Assembly: GCA_007121485.1 (NCBI GenBank)
Contig: SKKM01000023.1
Span: 1-45,228 of the forward strand
Source of the DNA: Wenzhouxiangella sp.
GTDB taxonomy: Bacteria; Pseudomonadota; Gammaproteobacteria; Xanthomonadales; Wenzhouxiangellaceae
Length of the DNA stretch: 45,228 bases
Direction of reading: 5' to 3'
Made by a program: the position numbers and the translations under genes. The notes under the pieces are model-generated. The model had not been told where the DNA came from, did not search any database, and worked only from the letters and a program-made list of their open reading frames with translations. Shown here in pieces: positions 18,371 through 26,754 of the stretch; position 1 is the stretch's first letter, and each line of letters begins with the position of its first letter.

Positions 18371-18883
18371 ATGCTGCAGGTCCACGCCACCGGACAGCCC
18401 ACGGACGATATGGTGATCGAAGCCCGGTCCAACCTGTCGATGTCCCTGGAAGGCCTGACGGCCGTATTCGGCGGCATTTGCGTGCTGACCCTGCTGGTGG
18501 TGGCGTGGCCCGTTTTCATGGGCTTGTGGCCCATTCTGCTGGCTGCCCTGCTGCATCTGGCCGTGGTCGGCTGGTGTTTCCGCGCCGCCTGGCGCGGCAA
18601 CTGGGCGCGCGAGCGGCTGTTGCTGGATGGGGACGACCTGGTGGTCGAGCAATTTCGCCTGGGAAGGCAGACCCGCAGCCAATGGCCGGCGGCCTGGGCC
18701 AGGGTCGAGCGCGTTCCGGGGCGACTGGGCGATGTGCAGGTGTATCTCCGCTGCCGCGAACGGCGGCTGCAGATCGGGGCTTTCCTCCCGGTCAACGAAC
18801 GAGAAGAGCTGGCTGCGGCGGTCAGGGGCATGCTGAACCGCCGCTCGGCCTGGAGTGGATCGCAAATCATACGGATACCTTGA
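18371..18883 (+). CDS. DUF2244 family membrane protein
   Basis: NLSMS, two TMs, WARV, QIGAFLPVNEREELA; 2 nt before coxB. Confidence 0.8.
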   Translation: MLQVHATGQPTDDMVIEARSNLSMSLEGLTAVFGGICVLTLLVVAWPVFMGLWPILLAALLHLAVVGWCFRAAWRGNWARERLLLDGDDLVVEQFRLGRQTRSQWPAAWARVERVPGRLGDVQVYLRCRERRLQIGAFLPVNEREELAAAVRGMLNRRSAWSGSQIIRIP

Positions 18884-18885
18884 GG

Positions 18886-20028
18886 ATGAAGAGAACCAAC
18901 GAACTGATCGTTGCCCTGGCCGTACTGGCCGTGATCATCGTGATCGTGTGGGGCGTGTTCGCTGTCGGCGACAACATGCCGCGCGGCGTCACGGCATACG
19001 CGCAGAGCGTCTACCAGCTGCACAACACCATCCTCGGGATCGTGACCGTCATTGGCGTCCTGGTTTTCACCGCCATGTTCACCTCGATCATCTTGCACCG
19101 CCGCTCCAAGGGCTACCAGGCGGCGAATTTCTCGCATTCGACCAAGGCCGAGGTGATCTGGACCGCGATCCCGGTGCTGATCCTGGTGGTCATGGCGATT
19201 CCGGCCACCCGCGTGCTGATCGACATGGAAAACACGGGCACGGTCGAGATGAACGTCAAGATCACCGGCTACCAGTGGCTGTGGAAATACGAATACATCG
19301 AGGACGGCATCAGCTTCTTTTCGGCGCTGGACCGCGACAGCAACCGCGCCCGCCAGCTGGGCTCGGGCATCAATCCGCGCGACGTAGAGAACTATCTGCT
19401 CGAGGTCGACAACCGCCTGGTCTTGCCGACCAACACGCGCATCCGCTTCCTGCTGACCGCCGACGACGTGATCCACTCCTGGTGGGTTCCGGAACTGGGC
19501 TGGAAGCGCGACGCCATTCCGGGAATGATGAACGAAGCCTGGACCCTGATCGAAGAGGAAGGCATCTTCCGCGGCCAGTGCGCCGAGCTGTGCGGGGCCG
19601 ACCACGGCTTCATGCCGATCGTCGTGGAAGCCGTTTCACCCGAGGCTTTCCGCGCCTGGGTGGCGGACCAGCGCCAGGACCTGGCCGATGCCGCCCATGA
19701 CGCGGCCCGCCTGTGGACCCGCGAGGAACTGATGACCCACGGCGAGCGCGTCTACCAGGCCCAATGCGCCTCCTGCCACCAGGGCGACGGTACCGGGCTG
19801 GAACCCGCGTTCCCGGCGCTGGTCCGCGACGGCACGCCGACCGGCGACCTGGAAACCCACCTCTACACCGTTCTGAACGGCCGCGAAGGCACCGCCATGG
19901 CCGGCTTCCGCGATCGCCTGCAGCCGCAGGACATTGCCGCGGCGCTGACCTTCACGCGCAACGCATGGACCGAAGAGGCCGGCGAGGTCGTGCAACCTTC
20001 GACCGTGGCCGGACGGGACCAGGGCTAA
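18886..20028 (+). CDS. coxB: Cytochrome c oxidase subunit II with fused C-terminal cytochrome c domain
   Basis: EVIWTAIP, GYQWLW, DVIHSWW, CuA motif CAELCGADHGFM, heme c motif CASCH; start ATG 18886. Confidence 0.95.
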   Translation: MKRTNELIVALAVLAVIIVIVWGVFAVGDNMPRGVTAYAQSVYQLHNTILGIVTVIGVLVFTAMFTSIILHRRSKGYQAANFSHSTKAEVIWTAIPVLILVVMAIPATRVLIDMENTGTVEMNVKITGYQWLWKYEYIEDGISFFSALDRDSNRARQLGSGINPRDVENYLLEVDNRLVLPTNTRIRFLLTADDVIHSWWVPELGWKRDAIPGMMNEAWTLIEEEGIFRGQCAELCGADHGFMPIVVEAVSPEAFRAWVADQRQDLADAAHDAARLWTREELMTHGERVYQAQCASCHQGDGTGLEPAFPALVRDGTPTGDLETHLYTVLNGREGTAMAGFRDRLQPQDIAAALTFTRNAWTEEAGEVVQPSTVAGRDQG

Positions 20029-20068
20029 AACCAGACTATCGAATTGATTGCAAGGGACAACGATCAGC

Positions 20069-21682
20069 ATGGCTAACGCAACCACAGCGCATCACGACGA
20101 TCATCACGACCACCACCCGACCGGGCTGGCGCGGTGGTTGTTTTCCACCAACCACAAGGAACTCGGGACGCTCTACCTGATCTTTTCGCTGGCCATGTTC
20201 CTGGTCGGCGGGGCCATGGCCCTGGTGATCCGCGCCGAGCTGTTTGCCCCTGGCCTGCAGCTGGTCAATCCCGAGTTCTTCAACCAGATGACCACCATGC
20301 ACGCGCTGGTGATGATCTTTGGCGCCGTCATGCCGGCCTTCGTCGGCCTGGCCAACTGGATGGTGCCGCTGATGATCGGTGCCCCGGACATGGCCTTGCC
20401 GCGCATGAACAACTGGTCGTTCTGGATCCTGCCGTTCGCCTTCACCCTGCTGTTGTCGACCCTGTTCATGCCCTCTGGCGGACCGTCGGCGGGCTGGACC
20501 CTGTATCCGCCGCTGTCGCTGCAGGGCGGCAACAGCCTGGCCTTCGTCATCCTGGCCATTCACCTGATGGGGATTTCCTCCATCATGGGCGCGATCAACA
20601 TCATCGCCACCATCCTCAACATGCGCGCGCCCGGCATGACCCTGCTGCGCATGCCGCTGTTCGTCTGGACCTGGCTGATCACCGCCTTCCTGCTGATCGC
20701 GGTCATGCCGGTACTGGCCGGGGCCGTGACCATGCTGCTGACCGACCGCTTCTTCGGCACCAGCTTCTTCAACGCGGCCGGCGGCGGCGACCCGGTGCTC
20801 TACCAGCACATCTTCTGGTTCTTCGGGCATCCCGAGGTCTACATCCTGATCCTGCCGGCCTTCGGCATCGTCTCGGAAATCATCCCGACCTTCGCCCGCA
20901 AGCCCCTGTTCGGCTATACCTCCATGGTGTACGCCACCGCCTCGATCGCCTTCCTGTCGTTCATCGTCTGGGCCCATCACATGTTTACCGTGGGCATGCC
21001 GCTGGGCGCCATGCTGTTCTTCATGTACGCGACCATGGTCATTGCCGTGCCGACCGGGGTGAAGATCTTCAATTGGATCGCGACCATGTGGCGCGGCTCG
21101 ATGACGTTCGAGACACCCATGCTGTTCGCCCTGGGTTTCGTGGTGTTGTTCACCATCGGCGGCCTGTCCGGCCTGATGCTCGCCATCGTGCCGGCCAACT
21201 TCCAGTACCACGACACCTATTTCGTGGTCGCGCACTTTCACTACGTGCTGGTGACCGGCGCCGTCTACGCCATCATGGCTGCCGTCTACTACTGGCTGCC
21301 CAAGTGGACCGGCCACATGTACGACGAGAAACTCGGCAAGATCCACTTCTGGTGGTCGACCATCTGGGTCAACGTGCTGTTCTTCCCGCAGCATTACCTG
21401 GGCCTGGCCGGCATGCCGCGACGCATCCCCGACTACGCCGTGCAGTTCGCCGAGTTCAACATGATCTCCTCGATCGGCGGGTTCATGTACGGCTTCGGCC
21501 AGCTGCTGTTCGCGTATATCATCTGGAAGTGCGTGCGCGGCGGCGAGAAAGCGACTGCCCAGGTCTGGGAAGGCGCGCGCGGCCTGGAGTGGACCGTGCC
21601 CTCGCCGGCGCCGCTGCACACCTTCGACACGCCGCCGCTGGTGGATGACAAGGTGGCCGTGCACGCCGACCGCCTCACCTGA
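20069..21682 (+). CDS. coxA: Cytochrome c oxidase subunit I (family A1)
   Basis: [39 protein letters not shown]; start ATG 20069. Confidence 0.98.
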   Translation: MANATTAHHDDHHDHHPTGLARWLFSTNHKELGTLYLIFSLAMFLVGGAMALVIRAELFAPGLQLVNPEFFNQMTTMHALVMIFGAVMPAFVGLANWMVPLMIGAPDMALPRMNNWSFWILPFAFTLLLSTLFMPSGGPSAGWTLYPPLSLQGGNSLAFVILAIHLMGISSIMGAINIIATILNMRAPGMTLLRMPLFVWTWLITAFLLIAVMPVLAGAVTMLLTDRFFGTSFFNAAGGGDPVLYQHIFWFFGHPEVYILILPAFGIVSEIIPTFARKPLFGYTSMVYATASIAFLSFIVWAHHMFTVGMPLGAMLFFMYATMVIAVPTGVKIFNWIATMWRGSMTFETPMLFALGFVVLFTIGGLSGLMLAIVPANFQYHDTYFVVAHFHYVLVTGAVYAIMAAVYYWLPKWTGHMYDEKLGKIHFWWSTIWVNVLFFPQHYLGLAGMPRRIPDYAVQFAEFNMISSIGGFMYGFGQLLFAYIIWKCVRGGEKATAQVWEGARGLEWTVPSPAPLHTFDTPPLVDDKVAVHADRLT

Positions 21683-21700
21683 CGGGATCGACTGCCAGGC

Positions 21701-21835
21701 ATGGCCAAGCCCAAGACCAGGCGTCACCAGGAGCGCCGCGGCGGCATCATCCGCACGGCGCTGATCCTGGCCGCCATCGTGCTGTTCATTTACCTGTTTT
21801 TCGTTGGACGGGCCGTATTCAACTACTTCGCATGA
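21701..21835 (+). CDS. 44-aa single-pass membrane protein in the cox operon
   Basis: MAKPKTRRHQERRGGIIRTALILAAIVLFIYLFFVGRAVFNYFA; fills the coxA-ctaG gap, ATGA overlap with ctaG; below the ORF-track length cutoff. Confidence 0.78.
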   Translation: MAKPKTRRHQERRGGIIRTALILAAIVLFIYLFFVGRAVFNYFA

Positions 21836-22389
21836 GCAACTCGACACCTTCAACGCTACGCACCGCCGGCACGCTGGCCGCGCTCGCCGTTGCCATGTTC
21901 GGTTTCGGTTACCTGCTGGTGCCCTTGTACGACAAGTTCTGCGAGATCACCGGCATCGGCGGTCGCACGGGCGACGCGGTTGCCGTGGAAGCCTTGAGCG
22001 GCGAGATCGATACCTCGCGTGTGGTCACCGTGCACTTCGATGCCACGGTCAACTCCGCCCTGCCCTGGCGCTTCGAGCCGACCCAGCGCATGATGGACGT
22101 GCATCCCGGCAAGCTGTACGAGACCAAGTACGTCGCCTACAATCTGTCGAACCGGCCGGTCATCGCACAGGCCGTTCCCAGCGTGGCACCGGGCCGTGCC
22201 TCGCTGTTCTTCAACAAGACGGAATGCTTTTGTTTTACCGAGCAGCTGCTGGGCCCCGGGGAGTCACGCGACATGCCGGTCCGGTTCATCGTGGACCCGA
22301 ATCTGCCGCAGGGAACCAGCCTGGTCACGCTTTCCTACATCATCTACAAAAACGACGCAGCCACCGCGGTCCTGGCCGCGGCTGACTGA
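21832..22389 (+). CDS. ctaG: Cytochrome c oxidase assembly copper chaperone CtaG/Cox11
   Basis: MFGFGYLLVPLYDKFCEITG, KTECFCF. Confidence 0.95.
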   Translation: MSNSTPSTLRTAGTLAALAVAMFGFGYLLVPLYDKFCEITGIGGRTGDAVAVEALSGEIDTSRVVTVHFDATVNSALPWRFEPTQRMMDVHPGKLYETKYVAYNLSNRPVIAQAVPSVAPGRASLFFNKTECFCFTEQLLGPGESRDMPVRFIVDPNLPQGTSLVTLSYIIYKNDAATAVLAAAD

Positions 22390-22407
22390 CAAGCAGGGAG
22401 TCTTTTG

Positions 22408-23268
22408 ATGGCACAGAGCAGCTACTTCGTCCCGGCCACAGCCAAATGGCCGATCGTCGGCACGGTCGGCATGTTCATCATGATGGTCGGCTTTGCCAAC
22501 TGGCTCAATATGGGCCCGACCGGGCCGTGGCTGGCGGCCATCGGCGGAGCCATCATCATTGCCATGATTTTCGGCTGGTTCGCCGATGTCGTGCGGGAGT
22601 CGCGGGCCGGCCTGTACAACAGCGCGGTCGATGCCTCCTTCCGCCAGGGCATGATCTGGTTCATCTTCTCCGAGGTGATGTTCTTCGCCGCCTTTTTCGG
22701 CGCGCTGTTCTATGCGCGCATGTTCGCCGTGCCGTGGCTGGGCGGCGAAGGCACCGGCGCCATGACCCGGGAGTTTATCTGGCCCGAGTTCGAGGCCACC
22801 TGGCCCACCCATGGACCGGCCGAGCTGGGCGGGGACTTCCAGACCATTCCCGGATTCGGTCTGCCGCTGCTCAACACCCTGATCCTGCTGACCTCGGGTG
22901 TGACCATCACGCTGGCGCACTGGGCATTGAAGAAGGGCCGGCGCGCCGCCCTGATCGCCTGGATGATCGCCACCATCGCCCTGGCCATGCTGTTCCTCAG
23001 CATCCAGGCCTATGAATACGTGCACGCCTACCGCGACCTGGGTCTGACCCTGGGCTCGGGCATTTACGGCTCCACCTTCTTCATGCTGACCGGCTTCCAC
23101 GGTCTCCACGTCATCATCGGCACGATCATGCTGATCGTGATCACGATCCGCTGCGCCATGGGGCACTTCACCGAGAAGAATCACTTCGGCTGGGAAGCGA
23201 CGGCCTGGTACTGGCACTTCGTCGACGTGGTCTGGCTGGGCGTGTTCATTTTCGTCTACGTCGTCTAG
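22408..23268 (+). CDS. coxC: Cytochrome c oxidase subunit III
   Basis: FIFSEVMFF, LNTLILLTSG, TGFHGLHV, WYWHFVDVVW. Confidence 0.97.
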   Translation: MAQSSYFVPATAKWPIVGTVGMFIMMVGFANWLNMGPTGPWLAAIGGAIIIAMIFGWFADVVRESRAGLYNSAVDASFRQGMIWFIFSEVMFFAAFFGALFYARMFAVPWLGGEGTGAMTREFIWPEFEATWPTHGPAELGGDFQTIPGFGLPLLNTLILLTSGVTITLAHWALKKGRRAALIAWMIATIALAMLFLSIQAYEYVHAYRDLGLTLGSGIYGSTFFMLTGFHGLHVIIGTIMLIVITIRCAMGHFTEKNHFGWEATAWYWHFVDVVWLGVFIFVYVV

Positions 23269-26200
23269 ACCGACGCGGTCACAATGCGCGGACTGCCTGA
23301 CGGTCCGCGCTCGCTGAACGTTCCAGGCGCGGCGCGCGCACACAAAAGCCCCTCGTGCTGCAGTTGGGCCAGTGCGCACTGAATGTCCGATTGACCCAGC
23401 CCGGTTTCCATGGCGATCCGTTCGGGCCGAGCATGGTGCAGGCGCCGCACCGCGCCCAGCGCGATCCGGCGCAAGGCTTCATCCGGGTCCATGCGCTGAG
23501 CGGGCCTGAGTCCTTCCGGCAGCCTCGGTTCCAGCCGGGCCTCCGGGCGCACGCTAAGCCACACCGCAAGGCCGTCCACATGGGTCCACACGCAGCGCTG
23601 CCGATCCGGCCACAGCGCGACCGCCGCGGCCTGCTTCCTGAGCGCGGCGAAAGCCCACTGGGCCTGGTATTGCAAGGCCAGGTCGGCCGGCAGGTACATC
23701 CATTCCAGCAGCGCACGCTCCAGCGCATCCGGATGTGCCAGTATCGATGTCCGACGGCCCAGCTCGGGTCGGCTGGCGACAGGCGGGCGCCTGGCAAGCG
23801 ACTCGAAGGCGCGCGTCCTCCGCTCCTCGGCGGCGGCCGGATCGAGGTAGGCATGTCTTGGCGCATGAATGGCGCACTGGGCCAGAACTGAAGGCGTCTC
23901 GGTGTCGCAGGTCCGGATGCGGATGGCGCCACCCTCGATGTCGCGGTAGATCCGTTCCAGCCCGGCCGTGTCCATGTAGTCTTCCAGGCAATCGAACAAG
24001 GCCTGCTGGACCAGCGGGTGCGACGGAACCCGGCGCGGTCCCGCCAGGTTTTCCAGGCAGGCCAGCTGGTCCGGGAAGACGCGTGCAATCAGGTTTTCGG
24101 CCTGGTTGCGCTGCAGCTGCGGTGGGACCGGCCCATCCGGCTCGCGGCGCGGCACGGCCAGGGCGATATTCGCGCACCAGCGCATGCGCAGGGCGAACTG
24201 GGGCGTGTCCAGAACGGCCTGGACCAGGACCTCGCGCAGCGTCCGGGCGTTCAGGTAGCCAACGACCTCTGCCAGCTCGAAGCTGTGCGTGGCACCGAGC
24301 GAAATCAGGATTGCGTTGTCGCTGACCGCGGCCTGAAGCTCGAAATTGAAGTTGCGACAGAAACGCTTGCGCAATGCCAGGCCCCAGGCCCGGTTGATGC
24401 GCTGACCGAATACGGAGTGGATGACCAGGTGTTCGTCTCCGCCGGGGTCGAAGAAACGCTCGAGCACGATGCAGCGGCTGTCGGGCAGCGCGCCCAGCTG
24501 CTCCCGCGCGCCTGCCACAAACACGGACAGGTCCGCCTCACCAGGCATCCGTCCGGCGGCCGCCTGGCCCAGCCGCCGCCTCAGGTAGGCGGAGAGCAGT
24601 CCCGAGCGCCCCGGCCCCTCGCCCAGCCAGAACGGCATGGCGGCCTCGTCGATGTCGGGGTCGCGCTGAACCTTGATCCACTGAGCCCCCTTGGCCAGGA
24701 TCCTGTAGCTTTCGCCCCCGAGCTGGATGGCCTGGCCAACGCCTGACTCGAAGGCAAACTCCTCGTCCAGGCGCCCCAGTTCCTGACCGCTGTCGGCGTC
24801 CACCAGGCCGTAGTCGAACCACTCCGGCAGCGTGCCGGGATTCAAACGGCTGAGCAGCAGGGCATGCTCGCTGGCCTGCAGGCGGCCGGCACTGAGCCGC
24901 AACAGCGGCCCCCGCCCGGTTTCGCGGCCGGCAACAAAACCATCGTGCAGCATTTGCAGCAGCGCACCGAACCGGCCGGCGTCGAAGCCGGCCCAGGGTG
25001 CGGCGCGGCGCACCAGCTGCAGCATGTCCGCCTCGTTGCCGAAGCCGTCGCCGAGCAGGCCGACCACGTGCTGGGCCAGCACGTCAAGACTGGCTGCCGG
25101 CATGCGGCTGCGCTCCAGCGCATGCCGGCCCAGCGCATCCTGCAAGGCCAGGGCGTCCAGGGCATCGCCGAGATTCAAGGGGAACAGGTGAATGCGCGGA
25201 CGCCTGCCCGGGCCGTGCCCGGAGCGCCCGGCGCGCTGGCGGATCAGGTTGATCCCGACACCCGGGCCGATCTGGCAGACCCGGTCCAGCGGACCGATGT
25301 CGATCCCCAGTTCCAGCGAGGCGCTGCACACGACCACGGCAACCCGGCCGCAACGCAGCGCGTCCTCGACCCGCGCGCGCTGTGCCGGACCCAGGCTGCC
25401 GTGATGGGCAGCGACCCGATCCGTCCCCAGCCGCTCGCCCAGGCGCAGTGCAACCCGCTCGACCTGGGCCCGGGTATTGCAGAACACCAGGGTCCGGTCC
25501 GCCTGGCGCACGATGTCGGCGACGCGGCCCAGCACGTATGCCCAGCGCTGTCCATCCGGCTGCGGCAGCCACGGCAAATCTCCCTGCTCGATGCACAGAT
25601 CGATGCGCTGCCTGCGCCCACCGCCGACCAGACGAAAAGGACGACCACTTCCGGCCAAAAGGCGCGCCGCCAGAGCGGCCGGCCGCGCGGTCGCGCTGAG
25701 CCCGATCCGCTGCAGGCCAGGCCGTCCGCGCAGGTGTTGCAGTCGCTCCAGTGACAGCGCCAGATGCGCGCCCCGCTTGTTGCCCAGGTAGACGTGCAGC
25801 TCGTCGACGACCACGGCGCCGACGCGCCGCAGCAGCGTTCTTCCACCCTGGCTGCCGAGCAGCACGAACAGTGATTCGGGCGTGGTCAGCAGCAGGTCCG
25901 GCGGGTTCCTGATCTGCCGTCTGCGCTCCGCCGGCGGCGTATCGGCGCTGCGCACCGCGATGCGCGGCGAGCCCTGTGGCCACGGCAGGTCGTCCAGCAA
26001 CTCGCTCAGCCCGGCCTGAAGATTCGCCGCCAGCGCTCGCAGCGGCGAAATGTACAGCACCACCTCGCCCGGCGCGGCGCAGCCCGCTCCAAGGCGCTTG
26101 TCCAGCAGCGGCATCAGGGCCGCCAGGGTCTTGCCTTGCCCGGTTCCGGCGCTGATCAGGCAGTGTTCACCGGCAAGAATGCGCGGCCAGGCTGCGGCCT

Positions 26201-26282
26201 GCACGGATGTGGGCCGGGCAAAGTGCTGCTCGAACCAGCGGGCCAGAGGTGCGCTGAAGGGGATGGGTGGGCTGCTAGCCAT
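23265..26282 (-). CDS. lhr: Lhr-family SF2 (DExH) helicase, C-terminally shortened, ~1005 aa
   Basis: PTSVQ, GTGQGKT, SPLRAL, TTPESL, DELH, GLSAT, HHGSL, SLELGIDIG, QRAGRSGH, NRAWGLALRKRFCRNFNFELQAA; start ATG 26282 (26306 possible). Confidence 0.85.
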   Translation of the reverse strand: MASSPPIPFSAPLARWFEQHFARPTSVQAAAWPRILAGEHCLISAGTGQGKTLAALMPLLDKRLGAGCAAPGEVVLYISPLRALAANLQAGLSELLDDLPWPQGSPRIAVRSADTPPAERRRQIRNPPDLLLTTPESLFVLLGSQGGRTLLRRVGAVVVDELHVYLGNKRGAHLALSLERLQHLRGRPGLQRIGLSATARPAALAARLLAGSGRPFRLVGGGRRQRIDLCIEQGDLPWLPQPDGQRWAYVLGRVADIVRQADRTLVFCNTRAQVERVALRLGERLGTDRVAAHHGSLGPAQRARVEDALRCGRVAVVVCSASLELGIDIGPLDRVCQIGPGVGINLIRQRAGRSGHGPGRRPRIHLFPLNLGDALDALALQDALGRHALERSRMPAASLDVLAQHVVGLLGDGFGNEADMLQLVRRAAPWAGFDAGRFGALLQMLHDGFVAGRETGRGPLLRLSAGRLQASEHALLLSRLNPGTLPEWFDYGLVDADSGQELGRLDEEFAFESGVGQAIQLGGESYRILAKGAQWIKVQRDPDIDEAAMPFWLGEGPGRSGLLSAYLRRRLGQAAAGRMPGEADLSVFVAGAREQLGALPDSRCIVLERFFDPGGDEHLVIHSVFGQRINRAWGLALRKRFCRNFNFELQAAVSDNAILISLGATHSFELAEVVGYLNARTLREVLVQAVLDTPQFALRMRWCANIALAVPRREPDGPVPPQLQRNQAENLIARVFPDQLACLENLAGPRRVPSHPLVQQALFDCLEDYMDTAGLERIYRDIEGGAIRIRTCDTETPSVLAQCAIHAPRHAYLDPAAAEERRTRAFESLARRPPVASRPELGRRTSILAHPDALERALLEWMYLPADLALQYQAQWAFAALRKQAAAVALWPDRQRCVWTHVDGLAVWLSVRPEARLEPRLPEGLRPAQRMDPDEALRRIALGAVRRLHHARPERIAMETGLGQSDIQCALAQLQHEGLLCARAAPGTFSERGPSGSPRIVTASV

Positions 26283-26304
26283 GTGGCCGAGTCTGTGCCC
26301 GGCC

Positions 26305-26323
26305 ATTCTCAGAACCTGAGAAT
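26305..26323. promoter_or_regulatory. AT-rich perfect inverted repeat upstream of lhr (candidate operator or hairpin)
   Basis: ATTCTCAG-AAC-CTGAGAAT. Confidence 0.4.
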
Positions 26324-26754
26324 CAGCGCCCCGCGACGCGCTCCCAACGCGCCGAGATCAATTCCCAGTCGGCGTCGCTGTGGTGCCAGCCGGTGCTGAC
26401 CCGGTACCAGCTGCCCTGTTCCGGCAGCAGGCCGCTGCCGCCGGTCAGCACGGCCTGGAACGAGGCCTGCGCGCGGCCGTCCTCGAACAGTTCGACGTCG
26501 ATATCGAAAACACGCGCGCGAATGCGGTCGTGGGTGCGAAATTCGCGCATCAGCAGGAGCTGGACGGCACGTCGGTCGAGATCCCAGGTCTCGGCGCTGA
26601 AATCTTCCGCCAGCGGCGCCATGAAGGCCCGCTGGTTGGCCTCGGCCAGGGCCGAGGTCATCGAGTCGATGTGCTGCCGGATCCGGGTCTCGTCATCCGG
26701 CCTGGCGCAGGCCGCCAGGACGACGACCAGCGCGGCGAGCAACAGGACGCGCAT
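26323..26754 (-). CDS. Putative lipoprotein, NTF2-like/DUF4440-like fold
   Basis: MRVLLLAALVVVLAAC lipobox; helix-helix then beta-strand pattern ending WELISARW; TGATG coupling to the upstream ligase. Fold is inferred. Confidence 0.7.
   Translation of the reverse strand: MRVLLLAALVVVLAACARPDDETRIRQHIDSMTSALAEANQRAFMAPLAEDFSAETWDLDRRAVQLLLMREFRTHDRIRARVFDIDVELFEDGRAQASFQAVLTGGSGLLPEQGSWYRVSTGWHHSDADWELISARWERVAGR

Noticed and set aside
20084-20120. CAT/CAC/GAC-rich repeat-like stretch
   Set aside because: It encodes the His/Asp-rich N-terminus of CoxA, a common feature, not a DNA repeat.
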